Shown piece after piece: positions 1 through 9,448 of a stretch of 32,000 bases of DNA. Below the pieces are notes generated by a model that saw only the letters and a program-made list of their open reading frames with translations, was not told where the DNA came from and did no database searches. The position numbers were made by a program, and so were the translations under genes. The stretch comes from Halobacillus litoralis. GTDB lineage: Bacteria; Bacillota; Bacilli; Bacillales; Halobacillaceae. Position 1 is the stretch's first letter, and each line of letters starts with the position of its first letter. The stretch lies in assembly GCF_009856355.1 (NCBI RefSeq), contig NZ_WMEW01000003.1, forward strand, positions 73,693 through 105,692, read 5' to 3'.

Positions 1-159
1 GTTGGTATTCCCTCCGAATTTATCCCGGATCATTCCCCATAAAATAGGCAGACCGAGCAAACTCAGAATGATCAGCAGAAACACGCCTCCACTCATATCC
101 TCCCACCCACTTTCGCTTTGTTCCTTATCTATACGATTAGAAGGGGAATCGGGTTTCAT
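1..159 (-). CDS. Partial ORF (N-terminus only, runs off the left edge); small protein with one hydrophobic segment
   Basis: Not in the supplied track (<60 codons inside the window). The minus-strand frame is open from ATG 159..157, 3 nt after the TAG of the upstream lipoprotein gene, to position 1: MKPDSPSNRIDKEQSESGWEDMSGGVFLLIILSLLGLPILWGMIRDKFGGNTN... An alternative start is ATG 96..94. SD spacing is poor for both starts, so coding status is uncertain. Confidence 0.3.
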   Translation of the reverse strand, partial: MKPDSPSNRIDKEQSESGWEDMSGGVFLLIILSLLGLPILWGMIRDKFGGNTN

Positions 160-162
160 CCT

Positions 163-606
163 CTATGGGATCATCACAGGAAGCGTGTACGAACCGGTTC
201 CATTCTCCCATTCAGCGAAAACTTCAATCGTATACCGGCCTTCTGAATCCGGAAGAGTCACCTGCTCATTTTCAATCGGAAGCTCCTCCTGCCTTCCTTC
301 ATCATCCCAGATAAAAGCGGAGAGTTCCGGTGTTTTTCCACTGCTGAACGTGATTACTGCAGTCTTGTCACCGCCTGACGGTGCCGCTTCGACATTGTCA
401 GCAATCTCGTAAGGTGTTCCGGCATCCGCTGTCACTTGGCTGTCCGAAAACACCCCCTCTTTGGTCCATTCATACGTGCCTTTCGCCATCTCCGTCACTT
501 CTTTATTCATCGTCATAAAACCGTCCGGCGGTTCTGAAGTTCCGGAGCAGGCTGTAAGCAGCGCTCCTGTTAAAATTATCAGCCACAAAGCTGTTATCTT
601 TTTCAT
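163..606 (-). CDS. Hypothetical secreted lipoprotein
   Basis: 147-aa ORF with a signal peptide and lipobox (MKKITALWLIILTGALLTAC). SD AGAGGTGAG lies ~7 nt before ATG 606..604. The mature part is acidic; no family recognised. Confidence 0.75.
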   Translation of the reverse strand: MKKITALWLIILTGALLTACSGTSEPPDGFMTMNKEVTEMAKGTYEWTKEGVFSDSQVTADAGTPYEIADNVEAAPSGGDKTAVITFSSGKTPELSAFIWDDEGRQEELPIENEQVTLPDSEGRYTIEVFAEWENGTGSYTLPVMIP

Positions 607-724
607 TTTTTCTCACCTCTGAAGTTTACTCTACCTATAAAGAGTACACCATTTTGCTGAGGTATGGATAGTTCAAAATACATATCAAACATTCATTCTT
701 ATGTGTAGAAGCTGGTCCGCGTAT

Positions 725-754
725 AAAAAAACACCCCACTCGTCGAGTGCGGTG
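725..754 (-). terminator. Rho-independent terminator after the DUF2187-like gene
   Basis: On the minus strand, an imperfect GC-rich stem CACCGCACTCG/CGAGTGGGGTG is followed by a T7 run, ~30 nt after the stop at 785. Confidence 0.6.
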
Positions 755-784
755 CTTCTCATCCGTATACAGGAGATGCCGGAC

Positions 785-1072
785 TTACTTTTTGCTGCGT
801 TTTTTAATGGTATAGTTCTTATGAGCAACCACGGTCTTTTCGAAGTCAAAATTGTGCTCATGGAAATCTTCCATAATAGTAAGGTCACAGACAACGGAGT
901 TTGCCGGATTCGTAGACGTAACGACAGCTTCCAGCTGCTGGCCGTCTCTTTTGAAGGTAATGATATCTCCTTCATTTGCTTTATTTTCTTCTTTTATTTT
1001 ATCTGCTTCTTCTGCTTCCTTTTTGTTAAAGGCAGCATCTACAAGGCCTTTACTTAGATTTTCATCAGCCAT
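785..1072 (-). CDS. Small cytosolic protein, YkvS/DUF2187-like (tentative)
   Basis: 95-aa ORF with SD GGAAGGGG 8 nt before ATG 1072. The C-terminal half (GDIITFKRDGQQLEAVV...DLTIMEDF...VVAHKNYTI) resembles the short YkvS/DUF2187 family as I remember it. It is preceded by a K/E-rich N-terminal extension. Confidence 0.65.
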   Translation of the reverse strand: MADENLSKGLVDAAFNKKEAEEADKIKEENKANEGDIITFKRDGQQLEAVVTSTNPANSVVCDLTIMEDFHEHNFDFEKTVVAHKNYTIKKRSKK

Positions 1073-1341
1073 AAGAAATTCCCCTTCCTATTGAGTGTAG
1101 TTTCGATTTCGATTATGCCATGAGTCAGGCAGAGGTTTCCTATATCTATACCCTTAATCACGGGCTCTCATTCGCTCTGCTGAATTTAACAGCCATGATT
1201 TTTTCACAATGTCTGATTTTCCAGCACCGTTCACACTTTACAATAATGCGGGCCGGTTACGAAAGTCATCAGCTTTTATGAAACTATAAATTTTCTCGTT
1301 TTGGTTGAACGTCGTTTCATTACTTCAGAAGTCCTGGAGTC

Positions 1342-2727
1342 TTACTTTTCTTTCTTCTCCAACCAGGTTACACACTCCACGTGGCTCGTCTGCGGGAACA
1401 TATCCACCGGCTGGACTTCCTTCGTCTCATAGCTGCCATCTTCCAGCACCTTAAGATCTCTCGCAAGCGTGGATGGATTACAGGACACATAAACGATACG
1501 CTCCGGTTCCATATCAAGCATCGCCTTCAACAGCTCTTCGTCACAGCCTTTACGTGGCGGATCGACAACGATCACATCTGGACGAAGCCCTTGGTTGCGC
1601 CACCATGGCATCAACTTCTCTGCTTCACCGACGAAGAAGTCGGCATTGTCCATCTTGTTCAGACGCGCATTCTTTTTCGCATCAGTGACGGCTTCCGGTA
1701 CGATTTCAACGCCATACACTTTTTTCGCTTTCTGAGCTAAGAAAAGAGAGATGGTTCCGATGCCGCAGTAAGCGTCAATGACGGTTTCGCCGCCTCGTAG
1801 ATCCGCATATTCCAACGCTTTATCATACAACGTTTTCGTCTGAGTCGGGTTGACCTGATAGAACGATTTTGGCGAGATCATGAATTTGATGTCACCGATC
1901 GTGTCGTAAATGTACTCGTCGCCCCAGAGGACGTTCGTTTCTTTTCCTAAAATGACATTGGTCCGCGCGCTGTTCACGTTATGAACGATGGACTTCACAT
2001 TTGGAAAGGCATCACGGATTTCATTGATCATTTCATCTTTATGAGGCAGCTTTTTCGTTTTCGTTACGATAACGATCATAATGTCGTTCGTATTCTGCCC
2101 TGTGCGTACCATGATGTGACGCAACACACCTCGGTGGGTCTGTTCGTCATAGGCATCCAGGCCGTGCTTGGATGCGATACGGCGGACGGTTTCCACCATG
2201 CGGTCGTTCACTTCGTCCTGAATCAGACACGTATCCATATCAATGATGTTGTGGCTGCGCTTTTGATAGAAGCCGGTCATCAATTCACCGTCTTCCTTCT
2301 GTCCGACCGGGATCTGTACTTTATTGCGGTAGCGCCACGGATCTTCCATCCCCATCGTCGGGTGGACAGGCACGTGTTCCAGATGCCCGATTTTCTTCAT
2401 GTTGTCTTTGACCTGCTTCTGCTTCATATCGAGCTGCATCTGGTAGCTCATATGCTGAAGCTGACAGCCTCCGCACTGATAGAATACATCACACGGCGGC
2501 TCCACACGGTGTTCACTTTCCTCGCTCACCTTAAGGAGTTTACCGAATCCGAAGTTCTTTTTCACTTTCACGACCTTCACATCAGCCGTCTCGCCGGGAA
2601 GGCCATACGGTACGAAAAGCGGATAACCATCAACTTTCCCTACCCCATTGCCTTCATGCGTCAAATCCTCAAACATCACTTGTATCGTCTCATTCTTCTG
2701 TACAGGCGGCTTCACCTTCGCCATCAT
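1342..2727 (-). CDS. rlmCD: 23S rRNA (uracil-C5)-methyltransferase RlmCD (RumA family)
   Basis: 461 aa. It has an N-terminal TRAM-like domain, Fe-S cysteine cluster [17 protein letters not shown]-binding DAYCGIGT and catalytic VSCNP. SD AAGGA is 7 nt before the ATG. It sits downstream of dagK, as in B. subtilis (yefA). Confidence 0.93.
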   Translation of the reverse strand: MMAKVKPPVQKNETIQVMFEDLTHEGNGVGKVDGYPLFVPYGLPGETADVKVVKVKKNFGFGKLLKVSEESEHRVEPPCDVFYQCGGCQLQHMSYQMQLDMKQKQVKDNMKKIGHLEHVPVHPTMGMEDPWRYRNKVQIPVGQKEDGELMTGFYQKRSHNIIDMDTCLIQDEVNDRMVETVRRIASKHGLDAYDEQTHRGVLRHIMVRTGQNTNDIMIVIVTKTKKLPHKDEMINEIRDAFPNVKSIVHNVNSARTNVILGKETNVLWGDEYIYDTIGDIKFMISPKSFYQVNPTQTKTLYDKALEYADLRGGETVIDAYCGIGTISLFLAQKAKKVYGVEIVPEAVTDAKKNARLNKMDNADFFVGEAEKLMPWWRNQGLRPDVIVVDPPRKGCDEELLKAMLDMEPERIVYVSCNPSTLARDLKVLEDGSYETKEVQPVDMFPQTSHVECVTWLEKKEK

Positions 2728-2870
2728 TCATCCGTCCTTTATCTATATACTCTAACCGTAGTTTATCATATCTTTAAGTGCGGAGTCGCCCCGACAGCTG
2801 CGACAAGCATAAGAACAGCTTGTGGAGGCCTGCCGACTTCTACCTCAAACAATCCCCTCCCGAGCACTCA

Positions 2871-2912
2871 CAAACAAAAGAAAAGAACGCCACTGTCCCA
2901 ACAGCAGCGCTC
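2871..2912 (-). terminator. Probable terminator after dagK
   Basis: On the minus strand, directly after the TAA at 2919..2917, stem GAGCGCTGCTGT/GACAGTGGCGTTC (with G-U pairs) is followed by TTTTCTTTTGTTTG. Confidence 0.5.
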
Positions 2913-2916
2913 CCCC

Positions 2917-3825
2917 TTATTCTTCTTCCTTGAACTTATCTTCTGGTACAAAAAACTCCAGATGCCTGTATAAATTGACAAATTCCCCGGGCAATAATCC
3001 ACCGAATTCCCCGTCAATATTCAGCTGCATCTTTTCATCCGTCTTCACTTTCACACGGCTGGCCGTGGTGTGGATGAACTTCGGATGGTTCAGGTGATTT
3101 CCCTGAATCGCAAGTGTTGCCAGACGGGCAAACTCGGCGACGTTCATTTTTTCGATGATCATCAGATCGAACAGGCCGTCATCCATACGTGCGGACGGAG
3201 CCAGTTTCTCAAGTCCGCCGACGGAATTCGTGTTACTGACGAGAAACAGCATGATCTCTCCTTCATACCATTTGCCGTCATACTCGATTTCTACACGGGT
3301 CGGACGGATGGATGGCAGCATTTCAATGCCTTTCAAGTAATAGGCAAGCTGACCGATCATCGTCTTCAGTTTACTTGGTACTTCGTAGGAAACTTCGGTG
3401 ATTTTCCCCCCACCGGATATGTTCATGAAGTACTGGTCATTTACGCGTCCGATATCGAGAGGATGCGTATAATCCTCGAGGATGATATCGACGGCTTTAT
3501 GGATGTTTCTTGGGATGTGCAAGGCACGGGCAAAATCGTTGGTAGTCCCGACTGGAATGACGCCGAGTTTCGGTTTATGATCCTGTTCGGCAAGTCCGTT
3601 GATCACTTCGTTAATGGTTCCGTCGCCTCCTGCGGCTACAACGACGTCGAACTCCTGCTCGACGGCATAGCGGGCCGCCTTGACGGCATCACCGGCACAC
3701 GTTGTGGCATGGGCGGAGGTTTCATAACCGGACTGTTCGAATCTCTGTAAAATGTCCGGGAGAACCTTGCGAATGAGTTCTCGTCCAGAGGTCGGGTTAT
3801 ATATAATTCGGGCACGTTTCATCAT
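2917..3825 (-). CDS. dagK: Diacylglycerol kinase DagK (YerQ family lipid kinase)
   Basis: The track ORF extends to a GTG at 3933. SD AAAGGGGG followed by ATG at 3825 gives a 302-aa product starting MMKRARIIYNPTSGRE, the usual family N-terminus. The GGDGT motif is present (VVAAGGDGTINEV). Confidence 0.9.
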   Translation of the reverse strand: MMKRARIIYNPTSGRELIRKVLPDILQRFEQSGYETSAHATTCAGDAVKAARYAVEQEFDVVVAAGGDGTINEVINGLAEQDHKPKLGVIPVGTTNDFARALHIPRNIHKAVDIILEDYTHPLDIGRVNDQYFMNISGGGKITEVSYEVPSKLKTMIGQLAYYLKGIEMLPSIRPTRVEIEYDGKWYEGEIMLFLVSNTNSVGGLEKLAPSARMDDGLFDLMIIEKMNVAEFARLATLAIQGNHLNHPKFIHTTASRVKVKTDEKMQLNIDGEFGGLLPGEFVNLYRHLEFFVPEDKFKEEE

Positions 3826-3859
3826 ATGACCCCCTTTATCCAAGCTTGTTCCATCATAC

Positions 3860-3887
3860 ATCATATCTTTTTTTCCTGTTTTTGCAA
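3860..3887 (-). promoter_or_regulatory. Candidate sigmaA promoter for dagK
   Basis: Minus strand: -35 TTGCAA (3887..3882), 16-nt spacer, -10 TATGAT (3865..3860), ~35 nt upstream of the dagK ATG. Pattern match only. Confidence 0.35.
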
Positions 3888-3928
3888 ACTTTATATAGTA
3901 TATGACCGTTCGTCCTAAACCATACGAA

Positions 3929-3952
3929 AGCACGCACCCGGGAGTGCGTGCT
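3929..3952 (-). terminator. GC-rich hairpin between gatB and dagK (terminator or attenuator)
   Basis: Perfect 9-bp stem AGCACGCAC/GTGCGTGCT with a 6-nt loop, ~30 nt after the gatB stop. The downstream tract on the minus strand is only moderately U-rich (TTCGTATGGTTT). Confidence 0.45.
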
Positions 3953-3984
3953 TTGTCCCTCTATGATTGAGTCCAGGCTTCAGT

Positions 3985-5415
3985 TCAGCGCTTATCCATT
4001 TCTGCCAGAATGATTTTGTTTACCATCGGCGGGTTGGCCTGGCCTTTGGTTTCCTTCATGACCTGGCCGACGAGGAATCCGAGGGCGCGGTCTTTACCAT
4101 TTTTGTAGTCTTCGATGGACTGCGGATTGTTGTCCATGATTTTCACGATGATTTCCGTCAGCTGGCCTTCATCGGAAATTTGAACAAGTCCTTTATCCTT
4201 AACGATTTTCTCTGGATCGCCGCCGTTTTCCACAAGTTCTGTGAAGACTTTCTTGGCGATTTTAGAAGAAATCGTACCGTCTTCGATCAGCTGAATCATT
4301 TTAGCAAGAGATTCAGGTGTCAAAGCCAGGTCGGACAATTCTTTATAGTGCTTGTTCATGTAGGCGGATACTTCACCCATCATCCAGTTGGATGCCTGTT
4401 TCACATCAGCACCCTGGCCAATCGCTTCTTCGAAGAAATCGGACAGTTCCTTGCTGTTTGTGAGAACCATCGCGTCATAGGCCGGCAGCTCAAGCTCCTC
4501 GATGTAACGCTTCTTACGGGCATCCGGAAGTTCAGGAATTTCCGCACGGATGCGCTCTTTCCACGCTTCATCAATGTAAAGCGGGACAAGATCCGGCTCT
4601 GGGAAGTAACGATAGTCATCAGAACCTTCCTTCACACGCATCAGGATCGTTTCTTTCGTCTGCTCGTCATAACGACGGGTCTCCTGAAGGATTTCCCCGC
4701 CTTTCAGCAGCTCTGCCTGCTGGCGCTTCTCTTCGAATTCCAACCCTTTTTGAACGAAGGAGAAAGAGTTCAGGTTTTTCAGCTCGGTCTTCGTACCGAA
4801 TTCTTCCTGACCGATCGGACGAATGGAAAGGTTGGCGTCGCAACGCAGGGAACCTTCTTCCATCTTACAGTCAGAAACGCCTGTGTACTGGATGATGTTT
4901 TTCAATGCTTCCAGGTAGGCGTAGGCTTCTTTCGGAGAGCTGATATCCGGCTCGGATACGATCTCAACAAGCGGTGTACCTTGACGGTTGTAATCGACAA
5001 GGGAATAGCCGTCGTCGCTGTGGGTCAGCTTACCGGCATCCTCTTCCATATGAAGACGGGTGATACCGATGCGTTTTTTCTTTCCATCGACTTCGATGTC
5101 GATATAGCCGTTCTCTCCGATCGGCTTATCAAACTGGGAGATCTGATAAGCTTTCGGGTTGTCCGGATAGAAGTAGTTCTTACGGTCGAATTTCGTATCT
5201 TCAGCAATGTCACAGTTCAGGGCCATGGCCGCTTTCATAGCGAAATTCACCGCTTCTTCGTTCAGCACGGGAAGAACGCCCGGGTACCCGAGGTCGATCG
5301 GGTTGACGTTCGTATTCGGATCATCCCCGAACATGTTCGGAGACGGGCTGAAGATTTTAGAATCGGTTTTCAGTTCGACGTGGACTTCAAGTCCGATAAT
5401 CGTTTCAAAGTTCAT
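3985..5415 (-). CDS. gatB: Asp/Glu-tRNA(Asn/Gln) amidotransferase subunit B
   Basis: 476 aa with the canonical GatB N-terminus [17 protein letters not shown] and a C-terminal YqeY-like tail. The ATGA start/stop overlap with gatA is typical of gatCAB. Confidence 0.97.
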   Translation of the reverse strand: MNFETIIGLEVHVELKTDSKIFSPSPNMFGDDPNTNVNPIDLGYPGVLPVLNEEAVNFAMKAAMALNCDIAEDTKFDRKNYFYPDNPKAYQISQFDKPIGENGYIDIEVDGKKKRIGITRLHMEEDAGKLTHSDDGYSLVDYNRQGTPLVEIVSEPDISSPKEAYAYLEALKNIIQYTGVSDCKMEEGSLRCDANLSIRPIGQEEFGTKTELKNLNSFSFVQKGLEFEEKRQQAELLKGGEILQETRRYDEQTKETILMRVKEGSDDYRYFPEPDLVPLYIDEAWKERIRAEIPELPDARKKRYIEELELPAYDAMVLTNSKELSDFFEEAIGQGADVKQASNWMMGEVSAYMNKHYKELSDLALTPESLAKMIQLIEDGTISSKIAKKVFTELVENGGDPEKIVKDKGLVQISDEGQLTEIIVKIMDNNPQSIEDYKNGKDRALGFLVGQVMKETKGQANPPMVNKIILAEMDKR

Positions 5416-6884
5416 GAGCGCGCACCTCCAAGGGACGGGCGTTGGGTATGGTAATCAGTCGCCTGTTCGAAGGCGTGAGCGGCACGATAGACAGTACCTT
5501 CGTCAAAGTGTTTTCCGATGATCTGCAGGCCGATCGGCAGTCCTTCGCTGGAGAAGCCGCAAGGAATGGAGATGCCCGGAACACCGGCAAGGTTGACAGG
5601 AATCGTCAAAATGTCGTTGGCATACATGGTCATTGGATCGTCTACTTTGTCACCGACTTTAAAGGCTGGTGTCGGCGTTGTCGGGCCGACGATGACATCG
5701 TAGTCCTGGAACACTTTTTCGAAATCGTTCTTAATAAGCGTACGTACCTGCTGGGCTTTCTTGTAATACGCATCATAGTAACCGGAGCTGAGGGCGAATG
5801 TCCCAAGCATGATCCGGCGCTTCACTTCGTCACCGAAGCCTTCAGAGCGGGAGCGCTTGAACATATCCAGCATAGACTCTGCATCTTCGGCACGCTTGCC
5901 GTAACGGACACCGTCAAAACGGGCCAGGTTGGCAGATGCTTCTGAAGAAGAAAGCAGGTAGTACGTGGAAAGCGCATATTTGGAGTGCGGCAGGGAAACC
6001 TCTTCCCATGTCGCGCCCATTTTTTCATATTCTTTCAAGGCAGCCTGAACCGCTTCTTTCACCTCAGGAGCGACACCCTCGGCAAGGTACTCCTTCGGTA
6101 CAGCGATTTTCAAGCCTTTCACATCGCCTGTCAGAGACTCTGTGTAGCTCGGCACTTCCACGTTGGCGGATGTGGAGTCCATGTTATCATGACCGGCAAT
6201 CGTTTCCAGAAGGAACGCGTTATCTTCGACATTGCGTGTGATTGGTCCGATCTGATCAAGGGATGACGCAAAAGCGATCAATCCGAAACGGGACACACGG
6301 CCATAAGTCGGCTTCAGTCCGACAACCCCGCAGTAAGCGGCCGGCTGACGGATGGAACCACCGGTATCGGAACCAAGGGAATAAGGGACTTCGCCTGCAG
6401 CAACAGCCGCCGCAGAACCACCACTGGAGCCACCTGGGACATAATCCGTGTTCCACGGGTTACGCACAGCAGCGTAGCTGGAGTTTTCGTTGGAAGAACC
6501 CATCGCGAATTCATCCATGTTCAATTTACCAATGGTGACGGATTTCGCGTCGTTCAGCTTGTTGATAACGGTCGCGTCATACAAAGGATCGTTCAAGTTG
6601 GACAAAATCTGGCTGCCGGCTGTTGTACGGAGACCTTTCGTTACGATGTTGTCCTTCACACCGATCGGCAGACCGAACAGCTTTTCAGCTGCCGTTCCAC
6701 GCTCCGCATCCAGTTCCGCTGCTTTCGTCATGGCAGCTTCTTTATTCAGTGTGATGAAAGCCTGAATCTCTTCATCCACTTCGTCAATGCGCTTGTAGGA
6801 TTCCTCTACAAGGTCCGTCACTGAGATTTCTTTATTATGTAGCTTCTCCTGAAGCTCTTTTAACGTGTACTCAAATAAAGACAT
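5412..6884 (-). CDS. gatA: Glutamyl-tRNA(Gln) amidotransferase subunit A
   Basis: 490 aa with the amidase signature [12 protein letters not shown] and the [12 protein letters not shown] motif. It lies between gatC and gatB. Confidence 0.97.
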   Translation of the reverse strand: MSLFEYTLKELQEKLHNKEISVTDLVEESYKRIDEVDEEIQAFITLNKEAAMTKAAELDAERGTAAEKLFGLPIGVKDNIVTKGLRTTAGSQILSNLNDPLYDATVINKLNDAKSVTIGKLNMDEFAMGSSNENSSYAAVRNPWNTDYVPGGSSGGSAAAVAAGEVPYSLGSDTGGSIRQPAAYCGVVGLKPTYGRVSRFGLIAFASSLDQIGPITRNVEDNAFLLETIAGHDNMDSTSANVEVPSYTESLTGDVKGLKIAVPKEYLAEGVAPEVKEAVQAALKEYEKMGATWEEVSLPHSKYALSTYYLLSSSEASANLARFDGVRYGKRAEDAESMLDMFKRSRSEGFGDEVKRRIMLGTFALSSGYYDAYYKKAQQVRTLIKNDFEKVFQDYDVIVGPTTPTPAFKVGDKVDDPMTMYANDILTIPVNLAGVPGISIPCGFSSEGLPIGLQIIGKHFDEGTVYRAAHAFEQATDYHTQRPSLGGARS

Positions 6885-6896
6885 CGTTGAACCTCC

Positions 6897-7187
6897 TTAT
6901 TCCAAAATGGATGGGACTTTGAATTGTCCGTCCTGTTTGTCTGGTGCATTTTTCAGTGCATCATCCTGAGTGATCCACTTCTTCGGCTCGTCCTTACGCA
7001 TAACGTTTTTAAGGTCAAGGACGTGGGTTGTCGGCTCAACGCCTGTTGTATCGAGCTCATTCAGCTGTTCGGCATACGTAATGATGTCATCCAGCTGCTT
7101 CGTGAATGTTGCTGCTTCTTCATCCGTGATCGCAAGACGCGCAAGATTCGCGACGTGCTTCACTTCATCTTTACTGATTCTGGACAT
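6897..7187 (-). CDS. gatC: Asp/Glu-tRNA amidotransferase subunit C
   Basis: 96 aa, [24 protein letters not shown]... is typical GatC. SD GGAGGT is 7 nt before the ATG. It is the first gene of gatCAB. Confidence 0.95.
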   Translation of the reverse strand: MSRISKDEVKHVANLARLAITDEEAATFTKQLDDIITYAEQLNELDTTGVEPTTHVLDLKNVMRKDEPKKWITQDDALKNAPDKQDGQFKVPSILE

Positions 7188-7222
7188 AATGCGACCTCCA
7201 TTTCGATCTCACATAATATATG

Positions 7223-7252
7223 ATCATACCAAATTTAAGAATCCATTTTCAA
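7223..7252 (-). promoter_or_regulatory. Candidate sigmaA promoter of gatCAB
   Basis: Minus strand: -35 TTGAAA (7252..7247), 18-nt spacer, TG-extended -10 TGgTATGAT (-10 at 7228..7223), ~36 nt upstream of the gatC ATG. Confidence 0.55.
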
Positions 7253-7394
7253 CGTACGTAACACACCTTTTCTATCTTAACATATCCACCGTCCCCTGTC
7301 TTTTTCCGTGCGGATGGAAATTGACCGCCGTTTCTGACAGAAAATTGAACACCAGGATGGGAGGCATCCCCTCTTTTATGGAGCTGTTCAAACA

Positions 7395-7424
7395 TAAAAA
7401 ATCCCCGGTCCAGTGACCGGGGAT
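7395..7424 (-). terminator. Rho-independent terminator after the symporter gene
   Basis: Minus strand: stem CCCCGGTC/GACCGGGG, loop ACTG, then TTTTTTATG. It lies 15 nt after the stop at 7440. Confidence 0.8.
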
Positions 7425-7439
7425 GATGATACTAGAAGC

Positions 7440-8951
7440 TCAGCGTCTCGCTGCTTCATTGAATTCTTCAACGATTTCTTTCGGCGGTGTACCCATCAGA
7501 CTGACAATCACCGTAGCAAGGGTGCTCAACAGGAATCCTGGTACAATCTCATAAAGATCGAAGATACCGCCGCTCAGGAAGTCACCCCAGATAACAACAG
7601 TGACGGCACCGACGATAATACCGGCGAGCGCCCCGTTACGGGTGATGCCTTTCCAGAACAAGGACAGGATGATGATCGGACCGAAAGCGGCACCGAAGCC
7701 AGCCCATGCATAGGATACAAGGCCAAGAACAGTACTGTCCGGGTTACCGGCAAGAAGCACGGCAATCAGAGCGATACCGGCTACGGCAACACGTCCGACC
7801 CATACCAATTCTTTTTCTGTAGCGTTCTTACGGAACAATGCCTTGTAGAAGTCCTCTGCCAGTGCAGAAGAAGATACAAGAAGCTGAGAATCAATCGTAC
7901 TCATGATTGCAGACAAGATGGCTGCCAATAGAATACCCGCGATGATCGGGTGGAACAGAATTTGTGAGAACGTAATGAAGATCTTCTCAGAGTCGGCAAG
8001 CATCTGGATGCCGCCTTCAGTAATGACTTCAGCATTGAACGTGGACAAGTCCGCCACATCAGCTGTGTTGATGTAGGCAAGTCCGAACAAACCGGTGAAA
8101 ATGGCACCGTAAAGACCAAGGACCATCCAACCGATTCCAATCAGGCGGGCTTTCGGTACATCTTTAGGTGAACGAAGCGCCATAAAGCGGACAAGAATGT
8201 GCGGCTGACCGAAGTAACCAAGTCCCCAGGCTAGGGAGGAAATGATAGCCAGAGCACCGACACCCTGCACCATGTTCAAGTGGGATGGATCAATCTGGGC
8301 AACAGCGTCTGTCGCTGCGTTCCATCCACCAAGCTCAGATACAGCCACAATCGGCACAGCGATAAGCGCAAGGAACATCAGAATTCCCTGGACGAAGTCT
8401 GTCCAGCTTACTGCCAGGAAGCCTCCAAGGAACGTATAAGAGATTGTGACGATCGCACCGAGCCATAAAGCCTGTGTATAGCTTAAGGCAAATGAAGCTT
8501 CAAACAGCTTCGCACCGGCGACCATACCGGAGGAAGTATAGAAGGTGAAAAATAATAGAATGACAAATGCAGATATAACACGCAGCACGTGGGAGTTGTC
8601 ACGGAAACGGTTCTCAAGATAGTCAGGAACAGTAATCGAGTCATTCGCAACCTCTGTAAATACACGAAGACGACGCGCGACAAACTGCCAGTTCAAGTAG
8701 GCACCGATAGCCAGACCCACACCGATCCAAGCTTCAGACAATCCGGAAGCATAAATCGCACCCGGCAGACCTAACAGCAGCCAGCCACTCATATCAGAGG
8801 CACCGGCGGATAGTGCGGCTACTCCTGGTCCTAAACGACGACCGCCTAAGACGTAATCGGACAAATCAGATGTCAGACGATATGCGGCAAATCCGATACC
8901 CAGCATACCGATTAAGTAAATAATAAACGTTATTAACGTTGCAGTACTCAT
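7440..8951 (-). CDS. putP: Sodium/proline symporter (SSS family, PutP/OpuE type)
   Basis: 503 aa and multi-TM, with the PutP-type motif GASDMSGWLLLGLPG. It occupies the position B. subtilis gives to opuE, just upstream of gatC. PutP versus OpuE function cannot be decided from sequence alone. Confidence 0.9.
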   Translation of the reverse strand: MSTATLITFIIYLIGMLGIGFAAYRLTSDLSDYVLGGRRLGPGVAALSAGASDMSGWLLLGLPGAIYASGLSEAWIGVGLAIGAYLNWQFVARRLRVFTEVANDSITVPDYLENRFRDNSHVLRVISAFVILLFFTFYTSSGMVAGAKLFEASFALSYTQALWLGAIVTISYTFLGGFLAVSWTDFVQGILMFLALIAVPIVAVSELGGWNAATDAVAQIDPSHLNMVQGVGALAIISSLAWGLGYFGQPHILVRFMALRSPKDVPKARLIGIGWMVLGLYGAIFTGLFGLAYINTADVADLSTFNAEVITEGGIQMLADSEKIFITFSQILFHPIIAGILLAAILSAIMSTIDSQLLVSSSALAEDFYKALFRKNATEKELVWVGRVAVAGIALIAVLLAGNPDSTVLGLVSYAWAGFGAAFGPIIILSLFWKGITRNGALAGIIVGAVTVVIWGDFLSGGIFDLYEIVPGFLLSTLATVIVSLMGTPPKEIVEEFNEAARR

Positions 8952-8957
8952 GGTTTG

Positions 8958-9083
8958 TTATTCGCTCCTCTCAGTGAATAGGGAAATAAGTGATAGAATA
9001 ATTAGTATTGGCATTGGGACAAACAACCAGAACCAGGTCGCCCCGGCGATGGATGCTGATGCTGCAGTCGCGAGCTCAAACAA
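8958..9083 (-). CDS. Tiny single-TM ORF immediately upstream of the symporter (possible symporter accessory peptide)
   Basis: Not in the track (41 codons, TTG start). A strong SD GAAGGAGGTG sits 5-6 nt before TTG 9083..9081. The product is MFELATAASASIAGATWFWLFVPMPILIILSLISLFTERSE. Its TAA (8960..8958) is 6 nt before the putP ATG, and its last codons (GAGAGGAG) form the putP SD. Confidence 0.5.
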   Translation of the reverse strand: MFELATAASASIAGATWFWLFVPMPILIILSLISLFTERSE

Positions 9084-9143
9084 GTGGTTCACCTCCTTCA
9101 AGGCTTGTCATATACAGTGTTATGCATTTGTACCGACTTCTGG

Positions 9144-9168
9144 TTCCTGAGTCACAGAAACTCAGGAA
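9144..9168 (-). promoter_or_regulatory. Perfect 9-bp inverted repeat in the leader of the small-ORF/putP transcript
   Basis: TTCCTGAGT-N7-ACTCAGGAA lies between the candidate promoter (9191-9219) and the TTG at 9083. There is no U-tract on either strand, so it is not a terminator. It could be an operator or an RNA hairpin. Confidence 0.3.
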
Positions 9169-9190
9169 AACCAAACACGGATACAACTAT

Positions 9191-9219
9191 ATCATATAAC
9201 TTTTGACTGAACATTGCAA
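9191..9219 (-). promoter_or_regulatory. Candidate sigmaA promoter for small ORF + putP
   Basis: Minus strand: -35 TTGCAA (9219..9214), 17-nt spacer, -10 TATGAT (9196..9191), inside an AT-rich 300-nt intergenic region. Confidence 0.5.
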
Positions 9220-9396
9220 AAATTTACATATTTTTACCTATTTGAATAAATATCCGCAAATACCGCATAAAGATACGTATATACGATGTTTTGATGATAT
9301 TCATTCACAAAATTTCTTCAAAAAAATTTCACCTCTTTGGTTAAAATAGGGAATTATCCCCTTTTCTCTGCTACTTTAGTATGTACCTTCTATTTA

Positions 9397-9436
9397 TAAA
9401 AAAACCCCTCCTCTTATGATCGATAACAGAAGGGGG
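9397..9436 (-). terminator. Rho-independent terminator after the P5C dehydrogenase gene
   Basis: Minus strand: stem CCCCCTTCT/AGAGGAGGGG (imperfect) followed by TTTTTTTATAAATAG. It begins ~12 nt after the stop at 9449. Confidence 0.75.
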
Positions 9437-9448
9437 CCGTCCTGTGGT

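Noticed and set aside
1981-2973. 330-aa plus-strand ORF antisense to rlmCD
   Set aside because: It is a shadow ORF opposite a gene with clear RumA-family motifs. It has no ribosome-binding site and no recognisable domain.
3967-5454. 495-aa plus-strand ORF covering the whole gatB locus
   Set aside because: It is antisense to an unmistakable gatB. The product is a low-complexity F/V/R-rich sequence with no SD. This is a typical shadow ORF.
7300-7395. 31-codon ORF (MPPILVFNFLSETAVNFHPHGKRQGTVDMLR) between the putP terminator and the gatC promoter
   Set aside because: The SD (AAGAGGGG) abuts the ATG with no spacing, and the ORF runs through the putative gatCAB promoter. It has no supporting features.
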